Shown here in pieces: positions 25,301 to 35,000 of a DNA stretch of 64,000 nt. The notes under the pieces are model-generated. The model saw nothing but the letters and a program-made list of their open reading frames with translations, was not told the origin of the DNA and made no database searches. The first letter of the stretch is position 1. Every line of letters starts with the position of its first letter. The stretch lies in assembly GCA_043228905.1 (NCBI GenBank), contig JBHGNT010000004.1, positions 10,664,001 to 10,728,000 on the forward strand. Reading direction: 5' to 3'. The stretch is from Azolla caroliniana (lineage: Eukaryota > Plantae > Polypodiophyta). The position numbers were made by a program, and so were the translations under genes.

Positions 25301-27682
25301 ACAGAACCGGCCGAAGAAGATGAAAATGATACCGGAACCGGCCCCGATCCCGAAATGGATTCGGATGAAGAAGAATCGGAAGAACCGGCTACCGAAGCTC
25401 CGGAACGGAGATACCCTCTAAGAGAGAGAAGGGCCCCCCGGAGATTTCCGGAACCAGAGCACGTGTTGCTAACCGACGAGGGGGAGCCGGAGAGCTTTGA
25501 AGAAGCAAAGCATGACACCCAGAGCCGCAGGTGGTTGAGTGCCATGCAGGACGAGATGGATTCCCTGCATGAGAACCACACATATGAACTTGTGGAGTTG
25601 CCGAAAGGAAAGCGGGCACTTCGAAACAAGTGGGTGTTCAAGCTGAAACCGGGAGATGCCGGAAACCCCCCGAGATACAAAGCTAGGATCGTGGTGAAGG
25701 GGTTTCAGCAGAAGAAGGGCGTCGACTTCGACGAGATATTTGCCCCGGTAGTGAAGATGACCTCCATCCGGACGGTGCTGAGCATAGCGGCAAGCATGGA
25801 CCTCGAGGTAGAACAGATGGACGTGAAGACGGCATTCCTTCACGGTGACCTCGATGAAGAGATCTACATGCAGCAACCGGAAGGATTCGAGAAGAAAGGG
25901 AAGGAGCACCTGGTATGCCGATTGAAGAAGAGCCTTTACGAACTGAAGCAGGCTCCCCGGCAATGGTACCGGAAGTTCGACTCCTTCATGACTGACGAAG
26001 GGTACCTCAAAACGCAGTCCGACCACTGCGTGTTTGTGAAGAAGTTCGAAGGAGGAGACTTTCTAATACTCCTCCTGTACGTGGACGACATGTTGATCGT
26101 CGGACGGGACCAGGTCAAGATACGGATGCTGAAGAAGGCTCTTCACCGAACCTTCTCAATGAAGGACCTGGGTCCGGCGAGACAAATACTAGGGATGCAC
26201 ATCATCCGGAACCGGAAGAAGAAGCAGTTGTGGCTGTCACAGGAGAAGTACGTGACAAAGGTGCTTCACCGGTTCAACATGTCGGAAGCAAGACCGGTCG
26301 GATCGACCCTCCCGGCAAACTGCAAGCTGTCCAGCAAGCAAAGTCCCAAGACAAAGGCTGAAAAGGAGGATATGATGAAAGTGCCGTATGCCTCAGCCGT
26401 CGGGAGCTTGATGTACGCCATGGTGTGTACGAGACCGGACATAGGATATGCAGTCGGAGTGGTGAGCCGGTACATGAGCAATCCCGGCAAAGAGCATTGG
26501 AACGCGGCCAAGTGGATACTCCGATACCTGAAGGGCACAGCAAACGTGTGCCTCCGATTCGGTTCCGGTAAGCCCGAACTCGAAGGCTTCACCGATTCGG
26601 ATATGTCGGCTGATGCAGATACCAGCCGGTCCACATCAGGGTATGTGATGACGTATGCAGGGGGAGCTGTTTCGTGGCAGTCGAGGCTGCAGAAGACGGT
26701 TGCGTTGTCAACCACGGAGGCGGAGTACATGGCAGCTGTTGAAGCCGGCAAGGAAATAATATGGATGAAGGACTTCATTAGAGAGCTCGGTATCCGGCAG
26801 GAGGAGTACCGACTCTACTGCGACAGTCAGAGTGCAATCCACCTTGCGAAGAACGCGGCCTATCACTCCCGGACGAAGCACATCCAGCGAAGATATCACT
26901 GGATCCGGGAAAGGATAGAAGACAAGGAGTTCGTGCTGACAAAGATCCACACGGACGAGAATGGGTCGGATATGCTGACCAAGGTGCTCACATCCGACAA
27001 GCTGGAAGCATGCCGGAAGAGGATCGGATTGGAAAGACATCCCATGCCGAAGTGAAGGGGGAGTTTGTTGGGATTTCGGTCCCTTCGGATGGGATGGTCG
27101 GATGTCGGAAATGAATGCCGACGAGCCCGGTTTCGGTTTCGGATCCGGATGACGAAGACCCCGGCTTCGGTGCCGGATGACGAATGTACCCGGAGAGCGA
27201 TCCGGATGCAGGGACATATCCGTGAATATGTTCGCTATGGGCCCCTGAGGCTATAGTTGTAAATAGCCCAAAGTCATATAAGTATAAATATGACTTAGGG
27301 CAAACAGTTTTACTGTTGCTACTCATTTTTCTGTTTTTCCACTCAAGAGGAGTGAAGAGAGAGCAGCCGTGAGAGAGAGAGAGAGATAGAGCGCGAGAGA
27401 GGAAGAGGTAGACGCCTCTGTGTATTTTCCGCCGCCTGTGGCGAGGACAGCGAGCTCAAGGTCGTCGCCTTGCAGCTCGCCATTGTATACTTCTCTGTAT
27501 AGTATTGGTTTGGAGTCTTGTACTCCCGTGGTTTTTCCCGGCTAGGGTTTTCCACGTTAATCCCTGTGTGCTCGCGCCTTTTTTTTGTTTCTCCGTGTGG
27601 TTCCTATTTTCTGCTGCATTGATCCGCGATTAATCGGTTGTGGCCGAGTGGAGAAGGTGAATAGAAGTGTCGATTCCCAACA
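22334..27682 (+). mobile_element. Element G: young Ty1/copia, close relative of F, nested in F RT
   Basis: LTRs 22334-22951 and 27066-27682; perfect TSD AAAGG; PBS 22955-22966. Confidence 0.96.
22982..27055 (+). pseudogene. G gag-pol, intact except one TGG>TAG stop at 24320-24322
   Basis: In-frame ORFs 22973-24322 and 24341-27055 with all copia domains. Confidence 0.93.
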
Positions 27683-28772
27683 AAAGGTGCTTCACCGGTT
27701 CAACATGTCGGAAGCAAGACCGGTCGGGTCAACCCTCCCGGCAAACTGCAACCTGTCCAGCAAGCAAAGCCCCAAGACAAAGGCCGAGAAGGAGGACATG
27801 ATGAAAGTGCCATATGCCTCTGCCGTCGGAAGATTGATGTACGCAATGGTGTGTACAAGACCGGACATAGGATATGCAGTCGGAGTGGTGAGCCGGTACA
27901 TGAGCAATCCCGGCAAAGAGCACTGGAACGCGGTCAAGTGGATACTCCGATACCTGAAGGGCACGGCAAACGTGTGCCTCCGATTCGGCTCCGGTAAGCC
28001 CGAACTCGACGGCTTTACCGATTCAGATATGTCGGCTGATGCAGATACCAGCCGGTCCACATCAGGGTATGTGATGACGTATGCAGGGGGAGCTGTTTCG
28101 TGGCAGTCGAGGCTGCAGAAGACGGTTGCGTTGTCGACCACGGAGGCGGAGTACATGGCGGCTGTTGAAGCCGGCAAGGAAATAATATGGATGAAGGACT
28201 TCATTAGAGAGCTCGGTATCCGGCAGGAGGAGTACCGACTCTACTGCGACAGTCAGAGTGCCATCCACCTTGCAAAGAACGCGGCCTATCACTCCCGGAC
28301 GAAGCACATCCAGCGAAGATATCACTGGATCCGGGAAAGGATAGAAGACAAGGAGTTCGTGCTGACGAAGATCCACACGGACGAGAACGGGTCAGATATG
28401 CTGACCAAGGTGCTCACACCCGACAAGCTGGAAGCGTGCCGGAAGAGGGTCGGACTGGAAAGACATCCCATGCCGAAGTGAAGGGGGAGTTTGTTGGGAT
28501 TACGGTCCCTCCGGATGGGATGGTCGGATGTCCGGGAATCGATGATGAAGACCCCGGCTACAGAGCCGGATGATGAAGACCCCGGCTACGGAGCCGGATG
28601 ACGGATGTACCCGGAGAGAGATCCGGATGCGGGGACATATTTGTGAATATGTTTGCCAAGGGCCCTTGAGGCTATATTTGTAAATAGCCCGTAAGTCATA
28701 TGTGTATAAATGTGACTTAGGGCAAACAGTTGTTGTTGTTGCTCATTTTTCTTGTTTGCGAAGTGAGAGCAG

Positions 28773-28805
<33 letters not shown>

Positions 28806-29152
28806 GAAGAGGTCGTTGCCTCTGTGTATTACCGCCGCCTGTGGCGAAGACAGTGAGCTCAAGGTTGTTGCCTTGTAGCTTCACCATTGTACATCTCTGT
28901 TTATAGTGATAGTTGGAGTTTGAGGACTCCCGTGGTTTTTCCCATTTAGGGTTTTCCACGTAAAACATCCTGTGTACCTTTCTCTCTGTTGTCTTCGTGC
29001 ATTTTGTATTTCCTGTTTTCTGTGAGTTGATCCTATTCCTCGGTGGTGGCCGAGCGCTGTGTTCAACACTACTTTGTAATCAAGATCGGTTAATCTCCTT
29101 TGTAATATACATCATCTTGAGTATTCTATTGTTTTTTCAAATCTATCTATCT

Positions 29153-29197
<45 letters not shown>

Positions 29198-30020
29198 CAC
29201 ACACTCACAACACATATCTCTAGTCTATTCCGTTGCACAAGAACCACCATCGATTCTTTACATGGTATCAGAGCAGTTTGGTAGCTTGATCTTGCCCATC
29301 TACGTGTGTTGAGCTCTACGCCGACGTTCAAGAAGAACCGGCTCATCGCTATCATAGTGCGACTACATAGCTCGTATTCAAGAGAGAAGAAGAAGGAAGA
29401 AATCTACATCGAACACCATGAATATTCAAGTGGGGAGCGCTCTCCCTAGCGAGAATGTGGACCGAAACAACTTCGCATCTTGGGAGTACAAGATGCATCA
29501 ATACCTCGCCGGTCAAGGCTATTGGAGCTACATCAAAGGAGCACAAGAAAACCGGCCCGACCCGAAAGATGCCGACGATGCAACATGGGAGCAAGCGGCG
29601 AGTCAAGTAATGTATTGCTTGGCGACATGTGTTCATGACCACATGCTCGGCTACATTCGAGAAGCCACAACGCCAAAGGAAGCATGGGAGAATCTAAGGA
29701 AGATATTTGCCACCAATACAATGGCACGAAAGCTTCAACTCCTCCGAGAGTTGAACAACATCCAACAATGGGACATGTCCATCACAAGCTACACCTTGAG
29801 GATCAAGGAGCTATTGTCCAGAGGACAGAAATGTAAAATTAGCAAATTAGCAAATGGCGGTAGTGTAACCGAGTAGGAATGAACGCCAGTGAGCGCCGAG
29901 TCCGAGTATCAGGGGCCACCGATGGCTCGGCTGTGTATTAGGGGAAACGTTATTTAAACGAGGTCCAGTACCTGAGAGGTGAAGGGGAGAGAATATAGGC
30001 GGAAGCACTAGCTTAGTCCA

Positions 30021-30617
30021 TCGTAACTAGATAATCCTGTAAGGTCACCGGCCGTAGGCCGTGTTCTGTAATCCTTTTTCTGTCGCAGCAATATATCTTA
30101 TTTGTGCCCATTTTGCTCCATGTGTTTGTGCTTTGGTTCATACTTATGATTTCAGCGCCGCCCACGCCTGTCAAGATCTCACTAGTGTTTTATCTCTGAT
30201 CATTTTCTCCCTCACGACGCCTCTGTTACGAGCCTTCACGTACCACGCCCTTGAATACCAATAGCCGCAGATCTATCGAAGGTGTTCACCCAAAGGAACG
30301 GGTAACACAATTTGGCACGTCGTAACTAGATAATCCTGTAAGGTTACCGGCCGTAGGCCGTGTTTTGTAATCCTTTTTCTGTCGCAGCAATATATCTGAT
30401 TTGTGCCCATTTTGCTCCATGTGTCTATGCTTTGGTTCATACTTATGATTTCAGCGCCGCCCACGCCTATCAAGATCTCGCTAGTGTTTTATCTCTGATC
30501 ATTTTCTCCCTAACGACGCCTCTTACGAGCCTTCACGTACCACACCCTTGAATACCGATAGCTGCAAATCTATCGAAGGTGTTCACCCAAAGGAACGGGT
30601 AACACAATTTGGCATGC
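30021..30617 (+). repeat. About 299-bp tandem duplication of D 5' LTR 3' part plus partial PBS
   Basis: 30021-30319 repeated at 30320-30617; first copy ends TGGCACG. Confidence 0.92.
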
Positions 30618-32091
30618 CCGGTTACAGTTGTGAGTGCACAGCGAACTTCGTTGAAGGTAACCACCAGTCGCCGTTACGGCGCCCTCTCGCACCACGAGGT
30701 CTCGGCCACCTGCCCGACGCCCTGAGCCAGTCGAAGGAACTTCCGACTCAGCGGTCACTGACCAATCCTTTCCCGAGCAATCGGAGGCTTCCCCAGTGCA
30801 ATCCTCGCCACCGGACACTCGATCGCGAGTTGATTCACCACCAAAACCCCTGCCGAGCCCTTCGGAGGTCAATCAACCGTAACTAAACCCTTTTCCGGTG
30901 CTACCAGAAGACCCAGAGTACGACATCATGCCGTACCCATACCCACGATACACCGACGGACCAGACGCGGAGTCACACATCCGTGCCTTTATATCCACGT
31001 GGCAGGCCAACCACTCAACGCACCGCCTCACACCGGCCGAAATCGATGCCTCAAAGATTGCCGAGTTCACACTGTCCCTCAATGGACCGGCCGCACGATG
31101 GTACTCTCGCCTCGAAATAGGAGAGGCCACCACTTTCCAAATTGTGCGCACAAAGTTCCTTGAACTTTTTCATCGCGAGGTGCCTAAACGGGAACTGCTC
31201 CGGCAATTTTTCTCTATATGCCAAGAACCGCACGAAACGGTCGCGCAGTTCACGATCTGGTTCCAGGATCTCTACAGACAAGTGGCCGATGATGTCTTGG
31301 CACAACATATACCGGACACTTTCCTGTCCAGTTTACAAGAGCCTCTCCGAACAACTCTCGCACTTACAAATTTCGCCAACCATACTCTCATAGCGCGGGT
31401 TCTCGCCCTCGATCGGACCCAGCACGGTGCGGCCTTCTCAATGACATCCTTACAAAACGCTCTTCCCCAAGAGGACAATCGCTTTCGCCAAGCTCTCCAA
31501 TGCATGGTGTGTTCAGGATCAGGGCACCTAGCCCTCAAATGTCCCCACCGACCACAGTGTCCGATCTGTCAATCTCGAGCTCACACTGTCGAGCAGTGCG
31601 AATATAATATGCTGAACCGCACAACGGCAGCACCGGTCCGCCAAATCGAGCCAAGAAATACATACTCTCAGCAGGACGAGCAATATGCCTACGGAGACCA
31701 GGATAACAACCGACCGTGATCCCCGGATCGACGGCGGCGAGACGACGACTACCGACGTGATGACCGCCGTGATCACTATCGCGATGACCGGCACGACGAT
31801 TATGCTCGATATGATGACGATCGCGATGACCGATATGACCGATGGAACTCACGCATTGATCGGCGAAACGACAACCGCAACTCACGCAACAATAGAAGAC
31901 ATAACGACAACCGCCGATGGGACGCTCCTCAAAATGACCAACGCAACTCCAACGCACCTCGGACCAACCCATCACCAAACGAGACTTGGAATCAATAGCA
32001 ACAACTTCCACCCACAGACCGAGCGGACACCAGCAGCTCGGCCAAAGTTACGTGTTTTAAATGTAACCAACCAGGCGACTATGCCATGCTA

Positions 32092-35000
32092 TGTCGAATA
32101 CATGTGTATAATGGACGTATTCACACTATCCCGTCTTGGCCATTTATGTAATTAGCATAAAGGGTAGTTGCCCTAAGTCGGTCACTATATATAGTGACCT
32201 TGTAACCTTTTTGTAAGGTTGGGTGTTGTATTATTTTCTTGAGGAATAGAAAGTCTTTTGTGTCTCTCTCTCTCTCTCTCTCTCTCTGTGCAACGACCTA
32301 CATTCTGTCATACGCAGGTCCAGGAATCAATCGAATGCTCCTTGATCTTCCGCACAGACGACCTTTGTCTTCAACATCTGGTATCAGAGCCTGCACAGTA
32401 GTCGGTCCTTCAATCCGCTGTCGGCCGTCGTCTCAACATTCGGTTTTCTGCGTCATTCGAAAAAAAGAGAAGAAGAACAAAAGAAAAAACGAGGTTTTGC
32501 ACCTCATCGCGTTAGATCCTCTTGCTTGGAGTAAGCCATCAGGTTGTACTCTGTTCCTTGTGATCGTAACCGCTCGAGGTGAAATCCCCTTGTGCAACAT
32601 TGACACGATCGTGCTCCACTCGGTTAAACGGCATCCGAAGAAGTCAACAAACGCTGCTCGCCGCTCGTTGTAACCACTCGGTGCAGATCGGTCTTAAGAC
32701 AACAACCCCAAATTCGTGCTTCATCTGGCTGATCGACATTCGGGAGGATCAGTTGGATCCATCTCTCTCGCTGCTGCAGTCAACCGAAGCAGAATCGGTC
32801 CAGATAATCGGTTTAATTAATCGGTATTCGGCATATATATCCGAAGCGAACCGGGCTCACTCCGACTCGGCAACATTCGGGAAGACCAGTCGGTTCTGTC
32901 CCTCAAGTTACCGGAGTCAATTCGAGCAAGTTCAACAATACATATATCCGAAACCGAACCGACTCGGGTTCAAAACCAACTAGAGCGATATCGGGTGAGC
33001 CAACCGGCTGCACTCCAACAAGGTTCGTAGTCAACTCCGAACCGAGCTTCGTCAACCGAAACCGAATTTGATGGCATCAACATCCGGCTCGTCAGGAATG
33101 AGTCTCCGAAAGTTCGATGGATCGAACTTCAACTTCTGGAAGGAACAAATGCAGGACTATCTCATAGTCAAGGGGCAAATCGATCCCATCGAAAATGCAG
33201 AACCTCCAGAAGGATACAAACCAATTGAGTGGCAGAAGCTGGACAGAATCGTCCGCGCCACGATTCGGATGCACCTATCGGAATCAGTATACTTTACGGT
33301 GCAATCGTGTACGACAGCATTCGAACTGTGGAAAACACTGTCGGACACTTACGAAAAGAAGGTCGCCGCAACGAAGATGTTTCTGATCCGGCGCCTCTAC
33401 AACTTGCGGATGAAAGAATCCGACTCGGTTCAAGCACACCTCAATGAGTACGAAAGCATCAGCTCCCAAATCTCATCTCAGGGGACGGCAATCGAGGATG
33501 AACTCAGAGCAATGATACTCATGAGTAGCCTTCCCTCATCATGGGAAACTTTCGTCACAACCGTGTGCAACGCGTCAACCACGGCTGTTAAATACTCCGA
33601 AGTCACGAGCGCAATCCTGACCGAAGCAGCTCGGAGAAAGTCTTTCGCCAAAGACTCAACAGACGACGCTTATGTAGTACAAGGTTCGACAGACCGATCG
33701 AACATACGAGGAAGAGATTCCTCACGGCCGCCGAACAATCAGCGAAGACGGAGCCAGTCACGGGATAACCGAATCTGCAACTATTGCAAGAAACCCGGAC
33801 ACATCAAAGCCGACTGCCGCGCACTCAAGAACAAGAACAACAAGAAGAGTGGCCGGCATGAGGAGATCAATTACGTCAGCTTCTCAGCTGATGTACTACC
33901 GGACGACCCGAATATACTATCAATCGAAAATCCAGTCGGATCAGAAGTTCTACTCACGACTGAAGAATCGAGCACATGGCTCTTAGATTCGGGCGCGTCA
34001 TTTCACGTGACTCCTCATCGATCCCAATTTCGGCAATATACGATCCGTCACTCCGACTCAGTTCGCGTCGGCAACTCGCAGCACTGTGACATCATCGGAA
34101 TCGGCACAGTAGAGCTCAACCTTGCAGGTGGCTCTACACTTGTACTCCACAATGTCCGACATGTACCCGAGCTCTCAAGGCCATTGATCTCAGTCGGACA
34201 ACTAGATGAAGACGGCATTCGTGCCGGTTTTTCTTCGGGAGGGTGGACACTCCACAGGGGGAACCTCCTGCTTGCTAGAGGACCCAAGATACACTCACTG
34301 TATCCGTTACATGTTACGCTCAGAGAGGGTAACCTGTTCTTGGTGGATATTCCTGTGTCATCACTATGGCACCGAAGATTAGGACACCTCAGCAAGGCCG
34401 GCATTACGCATCTATCTAGAGCCGGATACATCCCCAAACTCTCCTTCTCGGACCATCAATTCTGCGAGCATTGCCAGTATGGCAAACAAGCAGCCGCATC
34501 ACACCCGACATCAGCACCAAGAGAAACGAGACCTCTCGATTTAGTCCATTCGGACGTCTGTGGCCCAATGCCGCATCAGTCTCTCGGCGGTGCCTCTTAC
34601 TTCGTCACTTTTATTGACGATTCGACTCGAAAGGTGTGGGCTTATCCGATTCGCACCAAAGATCGGGTCTTCTCGATCTTCTCCGATTGGCTCGCTATGG
34701 TAGAAAATCAAACCGACCGAAAACTGAAATGCTTTCGGACCGACAATGGGGGAGAGTTCAAATCCGAAGAATTCGTCAAATTCTGCCGACAACGCGGCAT
34801 CCGACGTGAATTTACGGCACCACACAGTCCGGAGCAAAACGGGATTGCCGAACGCATGAATCGGACAATCCAAGAACGGATAGTTTCCATGCTCCAACAC
34901 TCCGGACTGTCGGATGGCTTCTGGGCAGAGGCTCTACTCACGGCAGTACACATAATCAATATGTCGCCAAGTAGACCTCTAGGACTTCAAATTCCTCAGG

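Larger units (their letters stand above)
19054..28481 (+). pseudogene. F gag-pol, two in-frame stops (about 19150 and 20617) and interrupted by G
   Basis: ORFs 19279-20619 and 20626-22333; resumes at KVLHRFNMS from 27683 to 28481. Confidence 0.93.
18396..29068 (+). mobile_element. Element F: young Ty1/copia retrotransposon
   Basis: LTRs 18396-19022 and 28492-29068; perfect TSD CTACT; PBS 19026-19037; PPT AAGGGGGAG. Confidence 0.96.

Noticed and set aside
19099-28376. Many antisense and alternate-frame ORFs
   Set aside because: Shadows of GC-rich gag-pol, repeated because F and G are near-identical; no independent motifs.
18396-29068. Age paradox: inner G LTRs (about 5 substitutions) more diverged than outer F LTRs (2-3)
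   Set aside because: The counts are too small to exceed sampling noise, and TSDs show G is inside F.
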